The notes below the pieces were generated by a model. It was not told where the DNA came from. It was given only the letters and a program-made list of their open reading frames with translations, and did not search any database. Source: an uncultured bacterium (GTDB lineage Bacteria; UBA8481). From it: a DNA stretch of 64,000 nucleotides. The stretch covers positions 1 through 64,000 of the forward strand of contig CAZCME010000020.1 of the NCBI GenBank assembly GCA_964499705.1, given 5' to 3'. Positions 9,673 through 19,597 of the stretch are shown here, piece after piece (within the stretch, counting starts at the first letter, position 1; the number at the start of each line of letters is the position of its first letter). The position numbers and the translations under genes were made by a program.

Positions 9673-10722
9673 TCAAGCGCATTTGAAGCGGGGCTCCGTG
9701 AGCGCGCGCCGGGAGATGAAGCGAAGGTAATCGTTGTTGCGGATGCATTCCGGCACGTGCGTGAGAATCGCGAGGACTTCGACCCGTGAGATCTTGACGG
9801 GGCTCGGCGTCATCAGCCGGTCGCGGTTCCTGTTCAGGGCATTCACGGTCCGGACGGCCAGCAGGTAGGGAACGATGCAGAAATCCCGGGCGGCGGTGGC
9901 TTCCACCGGCAACGATTCGATATATTGCCGGGCCGATTCCAGTTTCGCGACGGCATGCTCGATCAATTCGTCCATGGCCTTCGTCGCGGCCTGCCTGTCT
10001 TCGAACATGCGCGCATGGGACGTCCCGTGCTTTTCCAGCACGGAGGAGGGAATGTAGATGTTGTCCTCGTTCTCGAAGTCGATGAAGACGTCTTTCAGGA
10101 TATTGACCGCCTGGAGCGATTCTCCGAAGTCCACGGCGCGCGATTCGAGGAGCAGCCGCGTGTCGTCGTCGAAGCGGTGCCATAGCGAGAAAATTCCGGT
10201 CAGCATCATGCCCACGGTGCCGGCGACGTAATAACAGTAGCGGCTGAATTCGGGAAGCGTGGCGATCCGGATCCGGTTCTCGTACCGAAGGATGAACTCC
10301 CGCATGCCGGCGACCATCTCCCGGAGATGCCTCTCCACGCTTTCGTGGATTTCCGGCGGAAACGTTTCGAAGACGCGAAAGACGCGCGGCGTGTTCATGA
10401 CGAGTTCCCAGCACGCGTCATGACCGCGCCATGCCGAGGCCCGTTCCACGAATTCCTCGCAGGCGTTCGCCCCGCGAGTCGAACGCGAGAGAAGGCGGTG
10501 GTAGGATTCCAGCAATTCCTGCTTCTGCTGGAAGGGTATGTTCCGGTCGTCCTCGATCGTGTCCGGGATGCGGCAGAGGAGATAGGGCACGCCGACATGG
10601 TCATTCCATGGTTCCGGCATCCGCTCGATGCCGATGGCGAAGGTGCGGGAGACATCCCCGACGATTCCGCGGCACCAGGCGCCGTCCGAAGAAGCCTTCC
10701 TGGTCATGGAGATGGTGATCAC
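9673..10722 (-). CDS. Squalene synthase (farnesyl-diphosphate farnesyltransferase, single-enzyme type)
   Basis: 'VSRTFA', 'YLLCRIPDTIEDD', 'YCYYVAGTVG', 'LQAVNILKD'; GTG 10722 follows GGGGAG (alternative ATG at 10707). Confidence 0.85.
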   Translation of the reverse strand: MITISMTRKASSDGAWCRGIVGDVSRTFAIGIERMPEPWNDHVGVPYLLCRIPDTIEDDRNIPFQQKQELLESYHRLLSRSTRGANACEEFVERASAWRGHDACWELVMNTPRVFRVFETFPPEIHESVERHLREMVAGMREFILRYENRIRIATLPEFSRYCYYVAGTVGMMLTGIFSLWHRFDDDTRLLLESRAVDFGESLQAVNILKDVFIDFENEDNIYIPSSVLEKHGTSHARMFEDRQAATKAMDELIEHAVAKLESARQYIESLPVEATAARDFCIVPYLLAVRTVNALNRNRDRLMTPSPVKISRVEVLAILTHVPECIRNNDYLRFISRRALTEPRFKCA

Positions 10723-10931
10723 GCTCCGAACTCCCCGTTTCTCCGCCCGCCTCGAAACGGTTCGCTCATCGCGCTGTTTTCTTTTCGCGACATATTTTTG
10801 GCCCCCGGCAGAATATCGAAGCGCCGGAGGCATTACAATGGGATTGCGGATCACGATTTCCCGGTCCGCGCCTTGACCGGCGCCGTCCGCGCGCTTATCG
10901 TAGAGAGCCTCTATTGGGCAAGGAGCATGCC

Positions 10932-11579
10932 GTGTCTTCTCGAATTCCGTTTCGGGCGATCGTCCTCGCGCTGGTCGTCGCAATACCTGCCTGGGCCGGT
11001 GAACCGCGCGACCTGATCGCGTCGAACGCCCGCCGCGCGGTCCAGCGCGCCCGGGAATCCGGCGGATCGGGCGCCGCCAGCGTGGACAAGATGCGCACGG
11101 TCTTCGTCGAGCAGATGGAGCCGCTCTTCGATTACCGCGAATTGACCATGCGGACACTCGGCGTGCATGCCCGGAAATATTCGGAGGCGGAAGTGAAGGC
11201 CCTGACCGGGGTGTTCCGGGATTTTCTTCGCCAGCTCTTCCGGTCGACGCTCCTGCCGAAGAACACGTTCCAGAATCTCGAGCGCGTCGATGTCACCGAC
11301 GAGCTGATCCGCGGCCGGTATGCGCGCGTCGCGACGGTGGCGATGGTCCGCCGCGAGAATAAGCCGGAGACGCTCCCTGTCGTCTATCTCCTCGTCAATA
11401 CGCGCGATAAGAAATGGAGCATCTACGACATGGAGATCGACGGCTATAGCATCGTCAGCAACTACCGCGCGCAGTTCGACGCGGTTCTGAAGAACAAGCC
11501 GCTGGCGGAGCTGATGAAGATCCTGGGAGAAAAAACGCGGAATCTCGTGAAGGAGAATACCGCCGGCAGTTCGCATTGA
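10932..11579 (+). CDS. MlaC/HpnM family periplasmic lipid-binding protein
   Basis: 'WSIYDMEIDGYSIVSNYRAQF' motif; AAGGAG SD before GTG 10932. Confidence 0.85.
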   Translation: MSSRIPFRAIVLALVVAIPAWAGEPRDLIASNARRAVQRARESGGSGAASVDKMRTVFVEQMEPLFDYRELTMRTLGVHARKYSEAEVKALTGVFRDFLRQLFRSTLLPKNTFQNLERVDVTDELIRGRYARVATVAMVRRENKPETLPVVYLLVNTRDKKWSIYDMEIDGYSIVSNYRAQFDAVLKNKPLAELMKILGEKTRNLVKENTAGSSH

Positions 11580-11587
11580 CTTGCCGC

Positions 11588-12418
11588 ATGCGTTGCCTTG
11601 TCCTGCCGATTCTCGCGGCGGTCATCGCTTTCGCCCCTGCCGCCCGCGCCCAGGCATACGAAGCGTCGCTCGATACAACCGCCGGGGAATATCCGTCCAC
11701 CGCGCCGGATCCGGATACCGGGATCGACGGATTTATCCCGTCCGACTCCGAAGTGGATTATTCCGAAGATCCCTTCGCCGATGTGCGCCCGGCCCGCCAT
11801 GCTCCGCTTCCTGATCCGCTCTCCGGGGTCAATCGCGTCATCTTCAAGGTCAACGGCGTCGCGCTCTTCGTTCTCCTGAAGCCTGTCGCGACGGCGTATC
11901 GCTTTGTCATCCCGAAGCCCGTTCGATCCGGCGTCAAGAATGTATTCCGGAATCTCTCCGAGCCGCTTCGCTTCGCCAGCGCTCTTCTCCAGGGACGCCC
12001 GCGCGACGCTGGAAAAAGCGTCGCGCGGCTTCTCGTGAACTCGACTGTCGGCGTTGGAGGACTCTTCAACGTGGCGCCGAAGGACCTCGCCGATGCGGAT
12101 CGCGATTTCGACCAGACGCTCGCCTCGTGGGGAATTCCGCCGGGCATCTACCTGATGCTTCCGCTCGGAGGTCCTTCCAGCGTCCGCGACGCGATCGCAT
12201 CCTTCGGCGAATCGTTCCTCGATCCGGTCAACTATATCCGGGGCGAGGACGCGGATGCGATCATCGCGGGGGCGCATGGAGTCAAGACCGTGAACGATTT
12301 CAGCTTTCGAATCGAGGAGGTCGATTCTCTCATGAAGTCCACGGTTGATCCCTATGCCGCGGTGAAGGCATACTATGAGGAGAGGTTGCCGAATGACGCG
12401 GTGGATCGAACAAGATAG
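11588..12418 (+). CDS. mlaA: MlaA/VacJ family protein
   Basis: 'DPLSGVNRVIFKVN', 'NSTVGVGGLF', 'DFDQTLASWG', 'GPSSVRD', 'DPYAAVKAYY'. Confidence 0.9.
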   Translation: MRCLVLPILAAVIAFAPAARAQAYEASLDTTAGEYPSTAPDPDTGIDGFIPSDSEVDYSEDPFADVRPARHAPLPDPLSGVNRVIFKVNGVALFVLLKPVATAYRFVIPKPVRSGVKNVFRNLSEPLRFASALLQGRPRDAGKSVARLLVNSTVGVGGLFNVAPKDLADADRDFDQTLASWGIPPGIYLMLPLGGPSSVRDAIASFGESFLDPVNYIRGEDADAIIAGAHGVKTVNDFSFRIEEVDSLMKSTVDPYAAVKAYYEERLPNDAVDRTR

Positions 12419-13253
12419 GGCGGTCGTCTTCTTCGACCTGGAGACGACGGGGACGAACGCGAAGACGGACAGGATCGTGGAGATCGCCCTGATACGGATC
12501 GAGCCCAACGGCATCGAATCCACTTTCCACAGTCTCGTCAATCCCGGCATTCCGATTCCGATCGAGACGACACGGGTGCACGGCATATCCGATCAGGATG
12601 TCGCCACCGCGCCGTCCTTCCAGGAAATCGCCGAGCGCGTCGCGGCGTTCATGGGCGATTCCGATATCGCGGGCTTCAATGTCGTCCGGTTCGATCTCGA
12701 TCTCCTCGTCGCCGAATTTCAACGCGTGGGCGTCCCGTTCGACCGCGAAGGACGCCGCGCCTTCGATGCCATGACGATTTATCATCAGCGCGAGCGGCGA
12801 GATCTTTCCGCGGCGCATCTCTTCTACTGTGAAAAGCCCCTGGAGAATGCCCACTCCGCGCTCGCGGATACGCAGGCTTCGCTCCGGATCATGCGCGCCC
12901 AGTTCGACCGCTATCCCGATCTCCCGACCGACCCCGACGAGCTGAACAAGGTCTGCAACAAGCCCCGTCATCCTGATGCCATCGACCGCGACGCCAAGCT
13001 CATCCGCAAGAACGGCGAGCCGGTCCTGAACTTCGGCCAGAAGCATGCGGGCGAGCCGCTGCGGGTCATCGCGGAGACGGATCGGGGCTACCTGGAGTGG
13101 ATCGCCGGCCGCGGTGATTTCTCCCCGGAGGTCAAGGCGGTCGTCGCGGAAGTACTGGCGGAATGCAAGGCAAGGGCGGCGGCCGGAAAACTGGAGAGGC
13201 GAAGTACCTCGATGCGGGGATCCCGGAGCGAGATGTCGGAGGAAGAAGCGTAG
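12393..13253 (+). CDS. DEDDh 3'-5' exonuclease (DNA Pol III epsilon-like)
   Basis: 'FFDLETTG', 'GFNVVRFD', 'AHSALAD', C-terminal 'FGQKHAG...YLEW'. Confidence 0.9.
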   Translation: MTRWIEQDRAVVFFDLETTGTNAKTDRIVEIALIRIEPNGIESTFHSLVNPGIPIPIETTRVHGISDQDVATAPSFQEIAERVAAFMGDSDIAGFNVVRFDLDLLVAEFQRVGVPFDREGRRAFDAMTIYHQRERRDLSAAHLFYCEKPLENAHSALADTQASLRIMRAQFDRYPDLPTDPDELNKVCNKPRHPDAIDRDAKLIRKNGEPVLNFGQKHAGEPLRVIAETDRGYLEWIAGRGDFSPEVKAVVAEVLAECKARAAAGKLERRSTSMRGSRSEMSEEEA

Positions 13254-13353
13254 CGCTTCCGCCCCGCGCGCTTGATCGGCAGCATCTCGAAAAACAAGTT
13301 GGACCTGATCTTTGCCGGAGTGAATATCATCCTGGGTAGATGATGCAACTGTT

Positions 13354-15840
13354 TTACGGATTCATGGTGGCCAGCGCGGACATGATTCGATCCTCGATTT
13401 CACGTTTCCGTCTCGATGCTTCCGGAATGGAAAGTCCCGATGCCACGGACGGAGGATGGACGAGGTTCGTCAGGAAGGGCGGGAAGTATTTCTGATGGTG
13501 CCGTGCGCCGACGATGATCCGGGCGACGAGCGCACACGCGACTTCCATGGGCTGATTCTCCATGACGCGCGCGCCGAACGTCACATCGACGCTTTCGGAC
13601 TCGCCCAGGCGGAAGGAGAGCTCCGTGGACATGTCCACGCCTTCGGCCGCGGCCGTCGTCGGCTCGATGAGACTATCCTCTCCCGGTCTTCGTGCCGGCA
13701 GGATCTTCCAGCACACCACCGGTCGCCCGCGCGAAAGTCCGGACAGGTAATGGGTGCTCGCGGCGAGGCAGAACGGCGCCTCTTTCGCGGTCGTGGCCCA
13801 TGCGTCGCAACCGCCCTTCTCGTCCACGAGGAGAAATCCGATTTCGTGCGCGAAGGGGATTGTGAAGATCGAGATGGCTCCCGTCCGGATGAGAGCGAGA
13901 ATTTCCGAGATGAGCCGCCCTCCGGCGTCGTCCGGCAGCCGCGCGAATCGAAAAAGTCCGCCTCGCCGGCCCGCTTCGATCAGCAATTCCTCCGTGGACG
14001 ATGTCTCGAACGCGGAACGGTCCCGGATGACGGTGTAACGCAGGTAATCTTTCAGGATGAGAAAGTGTTCGTCGCGTCCCGCGAACGCTTCGGCCAGGAT
14101 GCCCTGGGCTTCCGCCTTGTCCGGAGCCGTCGCGACGTCGAAGAAGAACTCGCTGCCCGACTTCGGTTCCGGCATGCCGAGTATGCAGGCGATCGCGGAT
14201 GAGAATGCCATCTCGCCCGTGAAGACTCGATACTCCACGACTCCCCATGTCGTTCGCGTCATCACGGTCACGAGGCGGGTCGAGTAATCTTTTCCCTGCG
14301 CCTGCTCCATGATGATGAGGTGCCGATCCGGCGCCGAATCGCCGTCGAGCGCGTCGGACGATGCGTGGTGATCGAGAAGCCGACCGAGCGCCTCCCGGAT
14401 TTCCGGAATCTTTCTGGGAAAAAGATCGATCGGCCAGCCGCGGATCTCCGTTTTGCCCGCGACGAGGAGGCTGTTCTTGAGCGCGAACGCCAGCAGAGGC
14501 GGCACGGAAGGAGCTCGCTTGATCGCCGCAATGGAGGAGAAGTCAGGCTTTCCGGAAAATCGGTCCAGGGAGAGCATCCACTCCTGTGAGGTGGGGTCCC
14601 GGATGATCGACAACGTCGGTTCGCCGCGCGACGGCACGTCCGAGAATGTCAGGGACTCGATGACGGCGCCTGTTCCCGCCCGGAGCAAAATCTTCCGCGT
14701 CAGCGCCCGGATCTTCGCGGGATTCAGGTTCAGTCCGCCGTAGCCGCTGATCTCCTTCAGGGATGTCTGCAGGTATTTCGCGATCCGGTTCGAAAACTGG
14801 ATGCGCGTGTCGATCGGCCACTCGAAGTAAGCATCAAGCCTGTCGATGTCGACCGGCTTGCCGATCTCCTGGAATTTCGCCGAGAGCAGCCTCTCCCTGT
14901 TTTTCCGGAGCCGGTCCGGCGATGTCTCCTCCGCCACCATCTTCAGATACAGCACCGACTTCAGAAACGTATGATCGTCCTCCGCCTGGATCGACTTGAA
15001 GTAGTCCCATAGATATTCCAGCAGCAGCATGTAAGAGTCCGGAGAAGCAACCCGCTCGATGCGCGCCGCGTAGACTTCGGCGGGCAGCTTGTCGTTCGGG
15101 CGAGCCGCCAGCCGCCGGAGCAGCGCGACCTTCAGCGCGGACTTGAAGGGCTTCTCCAGGGCCTTGTCGAGCTGGGCGAGACAGGCCGCAAGGTACTGCT
15201 CCGTCGTCAACCGCGGGATCGCGCCGAAATCAATGGAGAGCGCGGGGGAGCCTCCCCACGAGAGAGGTTCGAGCCCGGCGACGTGGACGAATGTCCGGAG
15301 AAACTCATCCTTCAACAACGCGCCGAATTCCCCCGCGCTCTCCTCGTCGTACGCGAAGGTCGCCTTCTGGATCTCGCCGAGGTCATGGATGTAGAAATGA
15401 ATCTCCAGCTCCGCCGCCTTCATCGCCCACTCTTCGATCGCATGCATTCTCGTGAAGAGCTTCTTCCGATTTTCGGCCGAGACCGCGTCCGCCGGATGCA
15501 CCAGCCAGAAATCGATGTCGGAGGCCGATGTGAAGCAGGAGCTTCCCACCGATCCCATCGCAAAGAGCCCGAGGAAGGCGCCGCGGCGGGGTTGCGGAGG
15601 ATTCTTCCTGAGTTCCGGGAAGAAGGCCGCCGCCGCCGGCATGACTTCCGGAAGGAAATTCGGCCGCATGAATCCATGCAGCGGCGTTTCGTCCGTCGTG
15701 CGCCCGGTCAGCGAGGGGATATCGTAATGAAGCAGGGCCGGCAGCGCGCAGAAGGCATTCCATTTCGCCGTGGGAAGGCACTCCTGGAGGAGCGTGATCT
15801 TTTTCCGGTTGTGCGTGGCGAAGAGCTCGCGGATGGACAT
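13354..15840 (-). CDS. cyaA: Class I adenylate cyclase-like protein
   Basis: 828 aa; 'GLFAMGSVGSSCFTSASDIDFWLV' matches the class I AC nucleotidyltransferase motif; also 'LLKDEFLRT', 'KPFKSALK'. Confidence 0.8.
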   Translation of the reverse strand: MSIRELFATHNRKKITLLQECLPTAKWNAFCALPALLHYDIPSLTGRTTDETPLHGFMRPNFLPEVMPAAAAFFPELRKNPPQPRRGAFLGLFAMGSVGSSCFTSASDIDFWLVHPADAVSAENRKKLFTRMHAIEEWAMKAAELEIHFYIHDLGEIQKATFAYDEESAGEFGALLKDEFLRTFVHVAGLEPLSWGGSPALSIDFGAIPRLTTEQYLAACLAQLDKALEKPFKSALKVALLRRLAARPNDKLPAEVYAARIERVASPDSYMLLLEYLWDYFKSIQAEDDHTFLKSVLYLKMVAEETSPDRLRKNRERLLSAKFQEIGKPVDIDRLDAYFEWPIDTRIQFSNRIAKYLQTSLKEISGYGGLNLNPAKIRALTRKILLRAGTGAVIESLTFSDVPSRGEPTLSIIRDPTSQEWMLSLDRFSGKPDFSSIAAIKRAPSVPPLLAFALKNSLLVAGKTEIRGWPIDLFPRKIPEIREALGRLLDHHASSDALDGDSAPDRHLIIMEQAQGKDYSTRLVTVMTRTTWGVVEYRVFTGEMAFSSAIACILGMPEPKSGSEFFFDVATAPDKAEAQGILAEAFAGRDEHFLILKDYLRYTVIRDRSAFETSSTEELLIEAGRRGGLFRFARLPDDAGGRLISEILALIRTGAISIFTIPFAHEIGFLLVDEKGGCDAWATTAKEAPFCLAASTHYLSGLSRGRPVVCWKILPARRPGEDSLIEPTTAAAEGVDMSTELSFRLGESESVDVTFGARVMENQPMEVACALVARIIVGARHHQKYFPPFLTNLVHPPSVASGLSIPEASRRKREIEDRIMSALATMNP

Positions 15841-15932
15841 TGGTCACATATTATCCGGCGGCCGGAATTCGAAGCCAACGCCTTTTTTGACCCCTTCTCA
15901 TCGACTCGTGATGAAGCTATGCTCCTGCATCG

Positions 15933-17630
15933 ATGAACGGCGGCGAAAACTATCACTTCTGCTACGTGGGTTCCGATGCCCGCCTCGGGCTCCTGCTTAA
16001 ATACCGGCTCGAAAAAGCCGGAATCGTCGCGGTCACGCCGGACACTCCCTTGAACAGCTTCAAGCTTGTTCACCAGCTCATGCCGCGGGTCGTGCTCGTG
16101 GACGAACGGATCGGCATGAATCGCAACTCGCTCGATCTCATCATCGCTCTCCGTCGCACTTTTCCGCGCGATCGGATGGCGGTCCTCTGGCATCCCCAGG
16201 TCGCCACGCGCGACAACGTCGTCTCCGCGATCCGCACCGGCGTGGACTCCGTCATCGTCAGGCCTCTCACGATGGCGATGCTCATCGACCGCATCAACAG
16301 CTATCTTCTCCCCCGGCAACGATCCTCCCTTGGCGAGGACATCGACATCCCCGAGAGTCCGTCCGGCGAGGATGTGCTCGCCCGTCTCGGCCGCGTCCAG
16401 TCGCTCTCCGCCGTTCCGTTTGTCGTGGAGCGGATCATGAAGCTGACGGGGAACGACGAGAGCGGCGCGCGCGATCTCGAGCAGGTGATCGAGAGCGATC
16501 CGCAGGTGACCGCCATCGTCCTGATGCGCGCGAATTCGGCCTTCTACGCGTCGTCCCGGAAGATCGGGCGCGTCATCGACGCCGTCGCCCGGATCGGTTT
16601 TCGCGAGGTGCGCGCCATCGTTCTGGGGCTCTCCGTCATCAACATGTTTTCGCAGGAGCAGAAGAACGTCGGTTTCGACCGCGCCGATTTCTGGAAGAAG
16701 TCGCTCGTCACCGCCGTCATCGCCCGCATGCTCGCGGAAGAAGCGCCGGACGTCGATTCCGACGATGCCTTCATCGCGGGTCTCCTGATCGATCTCGGCA
16801 GGATCGTCCTGGACGAGCATTTCACGGCGGAATTCGCCCGCGCCGTCGCGGTCGCCGACAAGTACCGCGTCTCGCTCGTGGAAGCGGAACGGAAAATTCT
16901 GGGCATCGATCATCAGGGCATCGGCCGTAACATTCTCGAACGCTGGCGATTCCCGGAACAACTGGTCGAGGTCGTCGGCTGCCACGAGGAGCCGGAAAAG
17001 ATGCGCTTCATCCGCAACGAGAAGACGCGCGCGCTGGCCGAGGTCGTCTGGGCCGCGCAGTGGGTGAGCAGCATGCTGCCGGTCGGCTCGTCCGGCGAAG
17101 CCGTCGTTCATTATCCGGATCCGCAATTCACGCAGAACCTGAAATTCTGGAAGGCGTTGAAACCCGGATTCGCCGACCAGGCCTATTCGGAAGTGAGCGA
17201 TCTCCTCAGCTTCATCGGTTCGTCCTGCTCGATTCCGCTCCCGGAAGCGCGCCAGGGCGAGGACAAGGGCGAAGTGATTCTCTACGAGGAAACCGAGCTG
17301 CCCGTCAGTCCGCTCCAGCACATCTTCGAAGGCGGTCTCTTCTCCGTCACGAAGACGTCCGATCTCGTTCAGCTCGGCAACGCCGATTCCCATACGATCG
17401 TCGCCGTCGAATTCAAGTCCGTCGACGCTTTTATGGCGGCGAAGCCTTACCTCCCCGACGAAGGCCACCCCCTCCTCGTCGTCCTTCCCCGGGGCGACGT
17501 CCCGAAAGATGAAACGATCCGCAAGCGCGTCGGCCTGCCCGTCAGGAACACGGTCTACCTGGAAAAGCCGATCCACCGCAGCGAATTCTGGGACGAGATC
17601 AGGAAGATCATTCCGACGCTCAACGAGTAG
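15933..17630 (+). CDS. HDOD-domain signalling protein with N-terminal receiver-like domain
   Basis: 'IESDPQVTAIVLMRANSAFY', 'AFIAGLLIDLGRIVL', 'GIDHQGIG...WRFPE'. Confidence 0.85.
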   Translation: MNGGENYHFCYVGSDARLGLLLKYRLEKAGIVAVTPDTPLNSFKLVHQLMPRVVLVDERIGMNRNSLDLIIALRRTFPRDRMAVLWHPQVATRDNVVSAIRTGVDSVIVRPLTMAMLIDRINSYLLPRQRSSLGEDIDIPESPSGEDVLARLGRVQSLSAVPFVVERIMKLTGNDESGARDLEQVIESDPQVTAIVLMRANSAFYASSRKIGRVIDAVARIGFREVRAIVLGLSVINMFSQEQKNVGFDRADFWKKSLVTAVIARMLAEEAPDVDSDDAFIAGLLIDLGRIVLDEHFTAEFARAVAVADKYRVSLVEAERKILGIDHQGIGRNILERWRFPEQLVEVVGCHEEPEKMRFIRNEKTRALAEVVWAAQWVSSMLPVGSSGEAVVHYPDPQFTQNLKFWKALKPGFADQAYSEVSDLLSFIGSSCSIPLPEARQGEDKGEVILYEETELPVSPLQHIFEGGLFSVTKTSDLVQLGNADSHTIVAVEFKSVDAFMAAKPYLPDEGHPLLVVLPRGDVPKDETIRKRVGLPVRNTVYLEKPIHRSEFWDEIRKIIPTLNE

Positions 17631-17639
17631 TACGGGCGA

Positions 17640-19523
17640 TCAGCACTCCCCCAGCATTTCCCCCAGGTCCGCCAGTTCCGCGAGCAGCAGGTCGGTTACG
17701 TGGGGGAGCAGATGGCCGTACTTCAGGAGCCGCGCCAGCGCCGTCGCAAGAGCCAGGGCATACAGGATCATGAACTCCGGTTCGGAGATGTCGAAGAGCT
17801 CGCGGCCGGTTTTCCGGATCGCGTAGGCCGTTCCCGCCCGCTTTTCCATGGACCGGCGGACGTCGAGCGCGGAGATTTCCTTCAAGGTCGTCGCGCGCGC
17901 CAGGCGCGTGTCCATCCATCGGACTTCATCGAGATACGTCTCCGGGATCTCCAGCGCTTCATACCGGAAATCCACTTCCAGTCGGGCGAGATCGTGGAGG
18001 ATGAGGCCGGGCCCGGATTTGTAGAAATCGATGAGGCAGATGTTGGCTTGTTCATCCAGGAGGATATTTCGGGAATTGAGATCGCCGTGGTGGAGCCCGT
18101 AGGGAACCTCCGCTTTCATCGCGCCTTTCTCCGCGACAAGTCGATGAAATGTAGCCGCCGGATCCGGGACCTCGATCGCCAGCGTCGGCAGCGAAATGAC
18201 TCCGGATTCGGAATCTTCCCCGTTGGATCTTCCCTTCAGGTAATCCGCCATCGTCGCGGCGGCGGCATGCAGCGGATGAAAGACCCGCGCGACACGCTTG
18301 CGGGCATTGCGGACATACCACCCGGCAAGGACGACCTTGATGAGCTGCTCCAGCGCGCTCGCCATCGAAGGCATGTCATAGCGGGGATCGAGATAGAGCT
18401 TGCGGAGCGAATGCGGGACGTCGTCGCTGATGGAAGCCCACGAAAGGCGGAGCGCGGCGACGCGGCGGCCGTGCGAGAATCCCAGGATCTGCGGATGGAA
18501 GTTCGGGTGGAGCTTGCCGAAGACGAACGACTCCATCTTCTCCTTCTCGATCGCGATCCGGAACTTGGGACCGAGCTTCAACAGGCACGAATTCTCCCTC
18601 CATCCCTTCATCTCCGTATACGCGCGCCAGACCCGGTCACCCGAATATCCGGCGTTCTGCTCGTCGATCGCGGAAAATTTCACCGCGGCGTACCGCCGGA
18701 AGACATCCCGGACGACCGTCAATTCCTCCGCGTCGAAATCCGCGCCTGAAAGCTTCGGGCCGTGCAGGCGGTCGCCGAGGACGCGGTGGAATTCGCGCCG
18801 CAGCTTGTTCTCCGCGCCGAGAAACAGGTCCGGCGTGATCATCCGGAAGAGGTTGAAGTACAGGGGATTCGAGCGCGCGGCATGCCGGAGCGTCGCCAGG
18901 CGCGACGCGAAGAGATCCGGATCGCCGCTCGCCAGGAAATCGTTCAGCGCTTCGAAGAACGCGAGGCGCGATTCCTGCGCGCCGTTCGTCCGCAACCGGT
19001 CGAGGATCGCCGCCACGCCGGCGCCGTCGCCGAGGAGGGCGAAACGGAGCGCGGCGAGGTAGTCCGCGCGGACGATCGGAGTCTTCTGCGACAGCTTGTA
19101 GAGCTTCGCGATCTCGTCACCGGCCTCGAGAAAGCGATTCGAGAAGAGGAGAAGCTTCGCGAGCATGAAGCGCGTCGTGAACTGCTTGTCGTCCCGGTCG
19201 AGCCGGGCCCGCAGTAGTGTCTCGGCTTCCGTGAAGAGCCCGTCTTCCATCAGCATGTCCGCGATCGCCGCCGCGTCGGTCGCCGCATGCTTCAAGGCGA
19301 GCGCCTTCAATTTCGCGTCCAGCGACGCCGGCCTGTCGCCCAGCTCATAGAGGATCCGCGACTTTTCAAACAGGGCCTGCGCGTCATCAGGATGGTTCGC
19401 CAGGTGCGCGTCGATGACGCGCAGCGCGCCTCGCGTGTCCCCTCCCGCCCGCTTCGCCCGGGCGCGCCTCACCTCGGGCGCCTGCGGCTCCTGCTCGCGG
19501 GGTGCATGACGGTGTTCCGACAT
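17640..19523 (-). CDS. TPR repeats fused to an APH/kinase-like (TCAD9-like) phosphotransferase domain
   Basis: N-terminal TPR-like helices; 'GYSGDRVWRA', 'LLKLG', 'HHGDLNSRNILLD', 'CLIDF'. Confidence 0.7.
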   Translation of the reverse strand: MSEHRHAPREQEPQAPEVRRARAKRAGGDTRGALRVIDAHLANHPDDAQALFEKSRILYELGDRPASLDAKLKALALKHAATDAAAIADMLMEDGLFTEAETLLRARLDRDDKQFTTRFMLAKLLLFSNRFLEAGDEIAKLYKLSQKTPIVRADYLAALRFALLGDGAGVAAILDRLRTNGAQESRLAFFEALNDFLASGDPDLFASRLATLRHAARSNPLYFNLFRMITPDLFLGAENKLRREFHRVLGDRLHGPKLSGADFDAEELTVVRDVFRRYAAVKFSAIDEQNAGYSGDRVWRAYTEMKGWRENSCLLKLGPKFRIAIEKEKMESFVFGKLHPNFHPQILGFSHGRRVAALRLSWASISDDVPHSLRKLYLDPRYDMPSMASALEQLIKVVLAGWYVRNARKRVARVFHPLHAAAATMADYLKGRSNGEDSESGVISLPTLAIEVPDPAATFHRLVAEKGAMKAEVPYGLHHGDLNSRNILLDEQANICLIDFYKSGPGLILHDLARLEVDFRYEALEIPETYLDEVRWMDTRLARATTLKEISALDVRRSMEKRAGTAYAIRKTGRELFDISEPEFMILYALALATALARLLKYGHLLPHVTDLLLAELADLGEMLGEC

Positions 19524-19597
19524 GGCCGGATTATCGAGGATAGCGCTTCATCGCACCAACGGTTTCTCTTGGACGCGATTCCGGGTACCATCCTCGC

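Noticed and set aside
6757-9789. 1010-aa plus-strand ORF
   Set aside because: Antisense shadow of hpnG/hpnH/ino1 with no motifs; expected in high-GC DNA.
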